Notes: a model not told the origin generated them from the sequence alone. Counted from the first letter of the stretch, positions 40,241-51,139 are shown. The stretch is 64,000 bases of DNA from Bispira polyomma (GCA_965649765.1 OZ287751.1:11470001-11534000), one strand, 5' to 3'. Numbers and translations are program-made.

Positions 40241-41280
40241 CCCGGATTCAGAAAAAAACCCAACACAAATGGTTGTCAATCAAATGTATAACCACAGTTC
40301 TTGTCAAGTGGAAATAAGGGTTTTATGACATGCATTTTCAAACAATAAAAACACCCTGTAAAGTGTGAATCTTCGCCATAGGATGCAAGAACAAAAGGGT
40401 CTGTACTTTTTCAGGAATTAAGGTAAATTAAGGTAAATTCTCATTACAGTACACAAGTACGTTTTTCCGAATCTGTACAGCAACTTAATAGTCTCTTCCT
40501 TGCTCATGCCTAAAATAAAGCTTGGTCAAATTGGTTCAGTAGTTGTTTTTTTTGTGTAAACAAACACAAACAAACTGAAAAATAAACCAACAGAAAGGGA
40601 CAAAAATGTGACCTCCCCGACGGTTTTGACAGATTCAAACAAGATAAAAAAAGGACACCAAAATACACTTATTGTGTATGTATATTACAACTCCATTGGT
40701 TATCTATTCAAAATGTTTAGACTTATATGACTGAAGGTATGTTAAATCAATACTGAAAACAAATTAGCAATGCAAAAAACAACAATTACCTATGGCAATG
40801 TTTCATCACATAAGTGTTATTGCCTCACTATGTACCTAATGGGGATTTCATGGGCATCCAGTGAACTGGATGAAATGACTAGTCAATATATTCTCTTGAT
40901 AATTGTGTTCATCCATTATGCAAACAGACCATTAGGAGTACATTGACCTCTGTAGCCAGATATAGCATGTGTACTATAGTTACTGAAATCCCCATGGAAA
41001 CAGTCATTGATTTTTTTTCTGACAGTTACTTACTTATATCAGGATTGTTATGGATGTAGAATATTTGATTCACTCAATGTCGTTTTTGAAGGCACTTAAT
41101 GCTTTTATTTCCAATTATTAAGAACTCAAACTAAATTTAAATTATTGTGGTTGAGGGCAAAATGTTGCTCATATGCAATAAACCAAAGTAAATATTTTCA
41201 TAAATAAGTGGCCTTTGTATGTATGATCCAGTATTCATAGGTACTTTGCAGTAAACAGTAAAAAGAAGGCCACATTGTTT

Positions 41281-41486
41281 CAATCCAGTTCTATACGATG
41301 TGAAGCTAATAAGTTATAATTCTTTCCCAAATAATTCTTAAAGGGAATGGAAAGTTGTAAATTTGACAAGACAGTAAAACTCTTGTTTGAGGATTTTATT
41401 TTACACGTTAGTATATATATATACAAATACAGATAATGAAATAAAAGTAAAAATTTTAAAAAGTTTACTTTGAAATTTTGACACCC
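41281..41486 (-). repeat. E3 repeat B2 (3' end)
   Basis: 206 bp, 2 mismatches versus B1. Confidence 0.95.
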
Positions 41487-41909
41487 CTATCAGTGTCTAC
41501 CAACATATATAATACATATAATAAAAGAAGTATCAATAACTGAATTTCTATCGATCCAATAGAGATCATAGTATACACAAATACGATAATGTAATTTATC
41601 GTTGCATCTAAATATTAATAGAAGTTGACTAAAATTATTAAAACAAACTTTTACTAACTAGTTCAATTATTAACTGATTTGAACATAATATAGAGCAATA
41701 GGGTGTGTTAACTATTCAGCAAAGTACACTTGTGCCTCTGACCAAATCTTTCCCCTGACATTTACTAGTAAACTAGTTTCTAACACAGTACACGTCCATT
41801 ACATTTTTTGGCATAAACCTGTCATTAGAATAATGCATTACCCCTGTATTGGGCCATAAACACATCATAAACACGTCGTAAATGCGTATATAATTATAAT
41901 TCGTTGCAC

Positions 41910-42358
41910 TATCAACAATATAACACATACATGTGACGTCTTGTGGTACACTAAGTATAAATTTTACATATTAATATTACCCATAATTACTAGTATTTCT
42001 GAAGCTAAGCTTCTAACGTTGGCGACAGCTCAAGGGTGCCCAGCTACCCCTGAAACCGTCTATATTACACTACACTGTAGGAGGAAGGTTACTTAGAGGA
42101 AAAGATTGTAATAAACTGGATTATCATAATTAAATTTTTTTTCATTATCAACAATGTAACACACATATGTGATCGTCTTGTGGTACACTAAATATTCAAT
42201 TTTACATATAATACTACACATAATTACTAGTATTTGTGAAGCCACAGCTTCTAACATTGGCGACGGCTCAAGGGTGCCCAGCTTCCCTTAAAACCGTCTA
42301 TATTACACTACACTGTAGGAGGAAGATTACTTAAAGGAGAAGATTGTAATATAACTGG
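41910..42358 (-). repeat. Two diverged 236-bp-period repeats in the E3 spacer
   Basis: Units start at 41910 and 42146; colinear with substitutions and small indels. Confidence 0.9.
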
Positions 42359-42751
42359 TTACATTAACTAACTACTAATTATACCTTAATCTGTCAAAGA
42401 TCATGTAATGGGTCACATATCTTAATATCAATGGGAATTCAAGCAAAATCCCTATGAGAAACTGAATTCTTCAAAGAAAAAGTATATAATATTCCTATAT
42501 ACCCTAACACATGAAATTTTTACAATGTCCTGGAAAGGAAAGAACCCGACCTACGGCACCAACACGCCTAGCCTCGGTCGGTCCCTGCTCGCAGAGCTCC
42601 GAATTCCCTTAGCAGCCACGCCAAGGGCAAGTTTATGGAAGCAGGAACCGAACTCGACACGGTATAGATTCTCCCCATCCCAAGCCACTCGTATCCTAGA
42701 ACTCGCCCTATTTCTTGCTGTGGTAAGGGGAGGTGGTGGGTTTTGCAATAT

Positions 42752-43157
42752 ATGTTGTTGCTCGTTCAAGTCTCGAGTTAATAATGGTGGAAAGTAGAGG
42801 GGAGCGGTCATGGGTGGATGGGTTTGAATTTAATTGGTTGTTACCCAATAAACAAGAAAATAAAAAAGTAGGTATAACCTATGGTGTTTAAGGTTGAATT
42901 AATCTTATGTTGGACTGAACTAACAGACCCCTATAGTAGTCGTGTTGTGCACAGTCCAGTTCTATAAGATGTGAAGCTAATAAGTTATAATTCTTTCCCA
43001 AATAATTCTTAAAGGGAATGGAAAGTTGTAAATTTGACAAGACAGTAAAACTCTTGTTTGAGGATTTTATTTTACACGTTAGTATATATATATACAAATA
43101 CAGATAATGAAATAAAAGTAAAAATTTTAAAAAGTTTACTTTGAAATTTTGACACCC
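42752..43157 (-). repeat. E3 internal B1-A2 junction block
   Basis: A2 is identical to A1 by eye and B1 matches B2; they abut at 42951/42952. Confidence 0.95.
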
Positions 43158-43165
43158 AAGCCCAA

Positions 43166-44142
43166 CTAAGAGAAAGAAGGAATGGTGGAAGCGAACGTGA
43201 GGGGAACTACAGAAGCTGCTTCTGAAGTTTGTTGTAGATAAGTCCACACTGCTGAGGATCTCCATAAGCCGTGTGACATAATATTCTGTAGTGAAACATT
43301 ATTATTGAATGCGTATGTGGCGCCTGATCGCCTGAATGTGTGAAATCCATGAAATTTGTATTCTATCCCAATGTGTTCTAATATTTTTTGAAGTGCTGCC
43401 CTCACGTGAGAATCCACTATTGGGTAAAAAGGTGGAGTAGCTGATGCAAATAAAGGTGCATGAGGAGGTAAATCCCTGGAAGCTAGTAGTTTCCTCAAAG
43501 CCAGGACTGGACATAACACCAAGTTCTGCAATTGAGGAATCTGTATGTTATGTGTATCAGATCTATTCTGTAGATTTTTTGCCCATTTTAATGTAATATG
43601 GGCTCCAGGTGGAATAAACAATAGATCCTGTCTGAGGAATTGTCTTGTAGGATCAAATGAAGCCCTAGAATGTGATGCTATATTAGAAAGCCTTAAGAAG
43701 GCAAAAAATGCCAGCAGAAAAATGGCCCTAAATAGTGGTGGATCGTGTAAAATGTCACATGCTTTAGATATGCTGGCTAACTGTTGTATGCTGAAAATGC
43801 CTTTATGTTTAGGCTTGAAAGTTGAATTATGAGTCAAACTTCTCAAGAAAAGCTGTATGTACTTATGAGATAAAGGAGTGGTATCTAGTTGGAATTTTTG
43901 TGTCATATATTTAATAGCTGCTACATAGTTGTTTATTGCACCAGGTGATAACCCTGCCTGAACCAGATATTCTAGAAATACTAACACTGAATGAACTGTT
44001 ACCTCAGAAATGCCCACAAAGTGATTAAAGGACAGGAAAGTATTAAATTGTGCTTTATATGTGCTAGCAGTCTTTGGACTGATGGCTGTATCAATCCTGG
44101 CCCAAGCAGAGGGTATAAAGCTGCTGCTGATGTTGGTAGAAC
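43166..44142 (-). CDS. E3 tyrosine recombinase (intact frame; no initiating ATG, begins at the predicted splice acceptor)
   Basis: FFAFLR, FHTFRRSG, HGLW, WTYL catalytic motifs; open 44142-43166. Confidence 0.93.
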
Positions 44143-44148
44143 CTACAA

Positions 44149-46932
44149 TTAAACAAATAAATTGAGATTAAAGTGTTCCAGTGTGACTTGTTTCCACTGG
44201 AATTTGTTATTGAGTGTATTTAACATTTCCAAAGGAGGTGGATGAGCTGAGTAAATCCTTGAAAGAGCGTCAGCTATAACGTTTTGCTTACCAGGGATGT
44301 GTTCGATGGTGAGTGTTATGTCGAATGTTGCTGCTATCAGCCATAAATTTCTTAAGCAGAGTGCCAAAAAGTCGTCTCTGGTTTTCTGTGATCCGACAAC
44401 CAATACTACAGCCATATTGTCACAATGAATATTAAGTTTGCTGTGGGCCCAGTCATTAGCCCATATTCTTACTGCAATAATGATATTCAACATTTCTAAA
44501 TGTGCTATGTTGAGATCTCTGTTGTAAAGGTTATGAATAGGGGTTGCGTATATCTGTTCACCCCAGATTCCTCCGCAGCCTGTAAGGCAAGCGTCAAGAT
44601 GAAGTTCGTTCGCGTGTTGAATGATGGTAGGCTGAATATATGTGATGCCATTATAAACTGGGAGAAATGTTAGAAACCATTGTAAATCGTTTTTCATAGC
44701 AGTATCGACCTTTATACGTTTGTCTGTATTACCTCTACACGCCATTAACAGTCTATTTATAAAAGTACGCGCTGGTTTGACACATTTATGTATATAAAGT
44801 AAACTGCCTAAAAGGGATTGAAATTTATTTTTGGAAATGAATTTTTTGTTATATATTTCTAAACAAAGGTTCCAAATTTGAGTAATTTTTTCCTTAGTTA
44901 TAGAAATAGTACCTTCCTGCACGTCTATGTCTATACCTAGACATGTAATGTTACAGGTGGGAGGAGTGAGTTTTTCACTATTCATGGGTAGACCTAGTTT
45001 TGTCAAGAGATCTATAAGAATTTCAAAACCCTGCTGAGCCTTGGATTTAGGTACTATACATATATAATCATCGATGTAGCATAATAAGTTAAAACCGGAT
45101 TTTCTCATAAAGTAAGCGACTGCGTCTGAACAACGCTGAAATGCCCCGCTTCCATGTACCCAGCCGAAGGGAATTGCCGGATCAAGGTACAAGTTGTCAT
45201 TCCAGAGTATGCCCAACTTAATGGCCTCAGCTGGGTCGACTCTGAGGTTACGAAACGCGCGCGAAATATCAATTTTGAATAGAGTTGGTTCTTCAGTATT
45301 AATAATTGCCTGTGTGATGTCATCAATAGTAGGAAATTTTAATTTAAATTTTACACCGTCAAAGTGTATTTTATCAACATTGTCATTCAACGAATTTCCA
45401 TCAGGATATGAGAGATTCAAGATTATCCGTCTTTTATCAATATCTTTGGGACGAGTTAACAATGGAGAACAATGAAGTTGAGAGGAATTTATTGCTTTGA
45501 CTGGGCCCAACATAGCTCCCTTACTCTTTTCTTTCTCCAGGTATTGACCAACTTCTTTGGTATATTGTAAAGCAGAGAAATGATTGTGTATTTCTGTGTT
45601 CTTTAACTTATTATGATTTGTAAGACTTAGAGGAAAGCCAAACTTAATGTATTGTATTATCAATTGATCAGGGTAATCATGAAATATGTCTTCCCAAGCA
45701 GTTGGGTTCAACCCCGAACCAATAGGAAATCTAGCTTGTTTGTAATTAGGAAGTTGAGTGTCACTAATTACCTTGCCTATTCTAATCATCTCATCAATGG
45801 AATCAATGTTCACTAGTTGTCTATCAGGGCCATTGAACTCAAATTTTGTATTAGAAAGTGCAAAAAAGCCTTTTTTCTTATCTGGATCATTAATGTGAAT
45901 GTCACCAGAACTGGTAACTTCCTTAAGTTCATGTATATATGTACTGTCACAATTTTCGAAGAAGAGGGATGCGTCCTTTTCTGGTACGTCGTTATTACTC
46001 ACCTGCTGTTGCCTGGTAGTACTGTCAGTTAAGTTTATTGAATCATCATTTACTAAACCTGAACTATAATCTGACACCTCAGATTGCAACATTAATGTGT
46101 CAATAATATTTTCAATGTATGAAGTATAATCATAGCCATAACGCTCCCAGCATTGCAGATCTTTAGTATAATTGTAATGGTCATTGACCGACTGTTGCTT
46201 ATCAGTGTGAGAATGCATGACCATACTATGTGGTGTTACATCATTGCTTATACTGTGATTCAACCAAATCTCAGTCTCATAACAATCTATGATCTGCAAT
46301 TTATCTGTAAAGGTTATGGCAGTAGGTGAATAGATCATACAATTATCAGTATCAGAATGACATATACAATAAAAGCCGTTGTCAGAATGTTGACTACTTA
46401 CACTAGACATATACACTACAGGTGCCATAACACCCCCGTATGTAGAAATTGCATACCAATTCGTGACTGAAATTTTAACTTTACTAACCATGTCAAGTTG
46501 GCTATCAACATTCTGCCAAAGTTCATTTATAATCACCTTTTTATCATTACAATTCATGCCATTTGGTTTTCCCATATTCAGATTGTCTGTAATATTCTGA
46601 TCACATTGAATTATATCTATTACACCATTCTTATCAACAGTGTCTACGACATTTTTATACTCTATATCATAATTATCATAATGCCCCCATTCAAACTCCT
46701 TGGTTGCCTGAATGCTGACATTTTTATTTTTTCCAATGTTCTGATAATGTAAACATTCAGAGTTGTTTATACCTTGAACATCACCGTTATTGGCATTGTT
46801 AGAATTTAATTTTGTATACCTACATTTATTGAGTTTTGGAACATTATTCTCAATGTTAATAAATTGGTTAATATCATTACTCTGCTTACCTTTAAACTTG
46901 CTATTTCCGCTGATTGGCTGACGGTATTGTCC
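44149..46932 (-). CDS. E3 Pol: N-terminal extension + RT + RNase H (intact)
   Basis: 808-aa ORF with YIDD, LDAC, HLEMLN, CDN, ADALSR; the frame stays open a further 119 codons up to the gag TAG. Confidence 0.95.
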   Translation of the reverse strand, partial: GQYRQPISGNSKFKGKQSNDINQFINIENNVPKLNKCRYTKLNSNNANNGDVQGINNSECLHYQNIGKNKNVSIQATKEFEWGHYDNYDIEYKNVVDTVDKNGVIDIIQCDQNITDNLNMGKPNGMNCNDKKVIINELWQNVDSQLDMVSKVKISVTNWYAISTYGGVMAPVVYMSSVSSQHSDNGFYCICHSDTDNCMIYSPTAITFTDKLQIIDCYETEIWLNHSISNDVTPHSMVMHSHTDKQQSVNDHYNYTKDLQCWERYGYDYTSYIENIIDTLMLQSEVSDYSSGLVNDDSINLTDSTTRQQQVSNNDVPEKDASLFFENCDSTYIHELKEVTSSGDIHINDPDKKKGFFALSNTKFEFNGPDRQLVNIDSIDEMIRIGKVISDTQLPNYKQARFPIGSGLNPTAWEDIFHDYPDQLIIQYIKFGFPLSLTNHNKLKNTEIHNHFSALQYTKEVGQYLEKEKSKGAMLGPVKAINSSQLHCSPLLTRPKDIDKRRIILNLSYPDGNSLNDNVDKIHFDGVKFKLKFPTIDDITQAIINTEEPTLFKIDISRAFRNLRVDPAEAIKLGILWNDNLYLDPAIPFGWVHGSGAFQRCSDAVAYFMRKSGFNLLCYIDDYICIVPKSKAQQGFEILIDLLTKLGLPMNSEKLTPPTCNITCLGIDIDVQEGTISITKEKITQIWNLCLEIYNKKFISKNKFQSLLGSLLYIHKCVKPARTFINRLLMACRGNTDKRIKVDTAMKNDLQWFLTFLPVYNGITYIQPTIIQHANELHLDACLTGCGGIWGEQIYATPIHNLYNRDLNIAHLEMLNIIIAVRIWANDWAHSKLNIHCDNMAVVLVVGSQKTRDDFLALCLRNLWLIAATFDITLTIEHIPGKQNVIADALSRIYSAHPPPLEMLNTLNNKFQWKQVTLEHFNLNLFV

Positions 46933-48290
46933 CTAGCGATTCGTACTAAGTTCTGAATTCTTGTTCAAATTGGATTGAAATTTGAAGCATTTAAACTCTG
47001 GATGCACAGCATCCTTGCCTAATGTCTTTGAACAATGCCAACAAATGTGACGGTAATTTGCATGGTCAGCTTTATAGGAACACTTCCCATTATTATACAA
47101 TTTACAGATCGTCTTGAATTCATTACTTTGTTTCCCCTTGCTTGAATCCCCAGTGACATTGTTAGTATTGCTGCTTACTAATGCCGTCTGTGATGCGCTA
47201 AGTCTATTTAGCGCCCACTGCGTTTGATTGTCCCACGTGAGACGTCCTTCCTCTACCTCTTGCATACTGTGTCCGTATGCCGTGCGGACGACCGGCCAGG
47301 GGAGAGCGGCCGCGTCCCTGAGTGTATGTACTATCTGTTGAAGCATACCTTTCATCACGACCGAGTCTGTCACTAAAAGAGCGTTGTTTACTTGCCCTGC
47401 TGCCCATTGGGCCAAAGAAAGTTCATCAAATGTAGGTTTACGTTTTGCATTCGCTCCGACCCACCCCTCATTCGGCCATCTAAACTTGGGGTCTGCTGTT
47501 GAAATATCAGCACTGTTGTAACGACCAGATTTTTGTTTTACTGGCTTACCTTGCAAAATGTCCCGCTGTATATTCGCATCGTACCCGGCCAACTGTCTGG
47601 CTATAGCTGCTTGGATGGCTGGAATCGCCCTCAGTGTATGTAGTTGAGGAACCACTCCATCACGGCCGAATTCGTGTTGAACCGGAAGTTGGTGAACCAA
47701 GCCAGGGTTCGGTCCCGCCGAAGCCACTGTTGAAGTACTGGGATTCGCCGTGAAGAGCTGAGTTGCGGCGACGTCTGGTACCTGCCTAGTGAGAAGTGCT
47801 TGTTGAGTCTGAGCAGTCTCGACCCGTTCGATACGTTTGCCGAGTTCGGCGTTTGAAGTCTCAAGTCGCTTTAAGATGGCTAGCATTTGTGAAGAGTTGT
47901 CTGAAGTCGACCCGCTACCCGAAGGGAGTTGTTGATCTGTGTGTAAAGTCTGGCAACGTGGTGGTGTGATCCCGCCATAAGCCGAATCTCTACCAAGAAA
48001 TTAAATGGTAGAGAGAGCCCGACTTCTGGTACAACGCTTGTACTCAAAGGCGCACGTGGAGGTGTGGCCTGAACATAAGTAGCTCCGGACGTAGTTATGA
48101 TCGATGATAGTGCATCTGAAGAAAGATCCGAAGATCTAGAGGCTAGAGCGGTGAGCGGGGCATGTACTTCTGATGCTATGATATCAGTTACCTGTGAACC
48201 GTCGTCTGTCGGAACACCCTTAGTTTTCTTCCCCCTCACCTTCGTAGTAGTAGACCGCGTAACAGGAGTCTTCTTCGCCGTCTTCCCCAT
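46933..48290 (-). CDS. E3 Gag-like protein (single frameshift near 48000)
   Basis: ORFs 47880-48290 and 46933-47886; coiled coil, KSGR...WP, Cys/His zinc-finger-like C-terminus. Confidence 0.88.
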
Positions 48291-48400
48291 CTTCTTAGTT
48301 CATATAAAGTGTATATATATTGTCAGACTGAATGTATAATGTAAGAACAAACTAAAATCAAACAAATAAAATTCTATGTACATTCCAGTCGTTGCAAGAA

Positions 48401-48600
48401 ATGTTGTTGCTCGTTCAAGTCTCGAGTTAATAATGGTGGAAAGTAGAGGGGAGCGGTCATGGGTGGATGGGTTTGAATTTAATTGGTTGTTACCCAATAA
48501 ACAAGAAAATAAAAAAGTAGGTATAACCTATGGTGTTTAAGGTTGAATTAATCTTATGTTGGACTGAACTAACAGACCCCTATAGTAGTCGTGTTGTGCA
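48401..48600 (-). repeat. E3 repeat A1 (5' end)
   Basis: 200 bp, identical to 42752-42951. Confidence 0.95.
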
Positions 48601-51043
48601 TTGTCAGTTGAGTTTGCATGATTGACTGTTATGTAATACACACTGAATATGTTGCACCTGGGTCTGTATTTTGTCAAAAAGTATGCTCTTTTTATGGGCT
48701 TAATTTAGGCTTATAAATAATATATATATAGTATATAAGCTCGAATGGGCTTGTTTCCACCAACATCCTTAGGGTATGATAACAGGTAAACAATTGAGTT
48801 ATTTTGTATTGGTATTTTGAAAAATATCTGAATTTTGTCAAGCTAATATAGCAACAATGTAAACTCATTAAAGAAGAAAATGATTGCATGTATGGAAAAA
48901 AAAACACAAAATATATGGTTAAAAGTTTACTTGGATGTTTTATAGAGTCGGATATCTCTCCTGTATTTCCAAAGGCTGTGTGAAAGTATGTTTGCACATA
49001 TACCATCAAATTTCATTAAGGTTGGACGTTATAATAGCACAAATTATGTTTTAATTTTTATATGTATGATAATAATATTAATTTTTATATTACAATTGTC
49101 TTTGCAGATATTTTACTTCTGATACATATCATATTTTACACACCAAACAAGAACCTATCATTATGGCTGGATGTTCAAAGTTCTGAATGGAATGTATTTT
49201 AAGCTAAAGTTCAGCATTGTTCAACACCGCTTTGAACAACAAAGATTTATTTGATTAATTTTCACATATCTTCCCCAACAAACACATGCACCACACAAAT
49301 AGCTTTAATGACAACAGTAGAAGCCTGAAGTGTTTATTGACCGGTTGCAGATCTGTGGCTATGTGAGTTGGGCTTTAGGCGATCAGTAGGTAATTAATAG
49401 CAATACCTACTTAGTGATTAGGTTTCCGCCTCAATCCCATCAACGACAATGTGATAATCAAAAGAAAAGTGGATCCCTTTACAATGAACAAAGCAATTTG
49501 TACAGAATTAAGATGTTACTGGTTGCTAGCATATTTGAACAGAAGGTAGTGTATAAAGGGGCAAGCTGGAAAATGTTTTTAGTGGATGTGAAGTCAGTAC
49601 TGTATAAAAGTAGTAACTTGTGAAGGCAGAGGGTGAGTGATACAACAGGTGACATAGATGGCGTTTAGATATGTTTATGTTGATATGATATCACTAATAT
49701 ATCGCTTTGAGCACGCAATGAGTCAGTTGTTAAACAATAAAACATAAAGGTTTAGGGTATGAGGTTGAATAAAATAGTCTTGTAATTCAATTCTCTTTCA
49801 ATTCTCTTACAATTCTTATCTTGGACTTGTCACGGGATAGTTTGTAGTTAATCCCTAATGTGTTGTTGACTGTAATTCTATTTAACTAGTTTTGAGCTTG
49901 CCAGTACTGCATTACCATGTATATGCCAATCTGGATTTAGTATCTCTATCTGAGCAGTCAAAAAGTAACAGGATTTCATGTTCATCTTGAAGCAAAACTT
50001 AAAAATAGAAACTTCAAGCTTTGTCACTCAGGCAATAATTATAACTTGGGTGAACTTAATGCCTAATACACAGTGTTCAAGTAAAGGGTTTTAATTTAAT
50101 GAATTTTATAAATATGATTAAAAATCTTATAATAACTAATGCTCCCAAAATACACAAGTTATGCTAAATTTATATTGTCACATGGTGAACTCAATATGTG
50201 TTTGCATTATATTCTGTATAAACATAATTAACCAAAAATGTATATGGAATATCAAATAACTAGAGATGCAATAGAAGTGTTAGATATTTATTTCATATAG
50301 AATGGAAGAAACTTGACAATGAAAGCGTCAGTTTTCTCATAATGTATAATACACAGCTATCCAGCTATATTGACTATATCGTCAGCAAATAGTAACACCT
50401 ACTGGGGCTAGGTTAGGGTTTGCAATTAATGTTAAGCTCCTTCGTAATAACTCATATTTTTGTAAAAAGCTGTTTCATTGCTACAATCAATTCATAAGGA
50501 CAAAGCTTTTTTTCTCATTTGTGATTCACACTAGATACAAATATAACCACTTTTGTGGAAAAAATTGAAAGTGAAATAAAGTTATTATTTGTGTGTCCGT
50601 TCATGAATATATATTTTTGTGTAATATACCTGTATTAATGGTGCTGTTGTTTATAAGGCATAGGTGTTTTTTTTTCACAACACTCCCATCAATTTACTAA
50701 TAATGTTTTACAACAGATGCTGCAGAATCAAAACTATGTAAAACTGTCCATATTAAATATGCACAAAAATCCACACAAATATTGGCGTATTTATGAAACA
50801 CCCATAAATTCACCAAGAGACAGAATACCTTTGACCATTAGTGATATTAACCAATACCTATATTCTTTGAAAGTCTAACTTTAGGTTCACGCTTTCTAGA
50901 AATCCTTGTATTTTGTTTTGGTTAAAATCCTTGACATTTGACCATTTATTTTAATAGTGCTAAATTTAAATATAGTATTACATTTGGTGTATAGCCCTTC
51001 TCGCCAGACATAGTGGGGATACCTCGCAGTTGAGCTTTTAAGA

Positions 51044-51139
51044 CTAGATGAGAATACGGCCACAAATTTGGGTCAAATCTGTAAAAACAAGTACAGAAAT
51101 ATTCATACACTAATCACACAGGATTCATTAATAAATAGA
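51044..51139 (-). mobile_element. Possible tiny non-autonomous Helitron remnant
   Basis: Minus strand reads a|TCTAT...CTAG|t; no clear 3' hairpin. Confidence 0.35.

Larger units (their letters stand above)
41281..48600 (-). mobile_element. Near-intact Ngaro-type tyrosine-recombinase retrotransposon E3 (7320 bp)
   Basis: A1 48401-48600, gag, pol, YR, B1 42952-43157, A2 42752-42951, spacer, B2 41281-41486; no TSD. Confidence 0.97.

Noticed and set aside
42070-42345. Acceptor-like cttcctcctacAG in each spacer repeat as coding exons
   Set aside because: Splicing from the gag donor gives GTG TAG immediately; no coding support
42000-42360. Canonical HDV-like or hammerhead ribozyme
   Set aside because: GCCAA after a stem is suggestive, but the P1.1 GG, a proper P3/L3 and the CUGANGA/GAAA cores are missing; kept only as an unknown structure
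43166-44017. Prophage/integron integrase or Crypton
   Set aside because: Embedded with gag and RT-RNase H inside split direct repeats
47990-48191. Small intron (CAG|GTAACT ... ttggtAG) rescuing the E3 gag frameshift
   Set aside because: The join is phase 0 into a frame that hits TAG and does not restore gag
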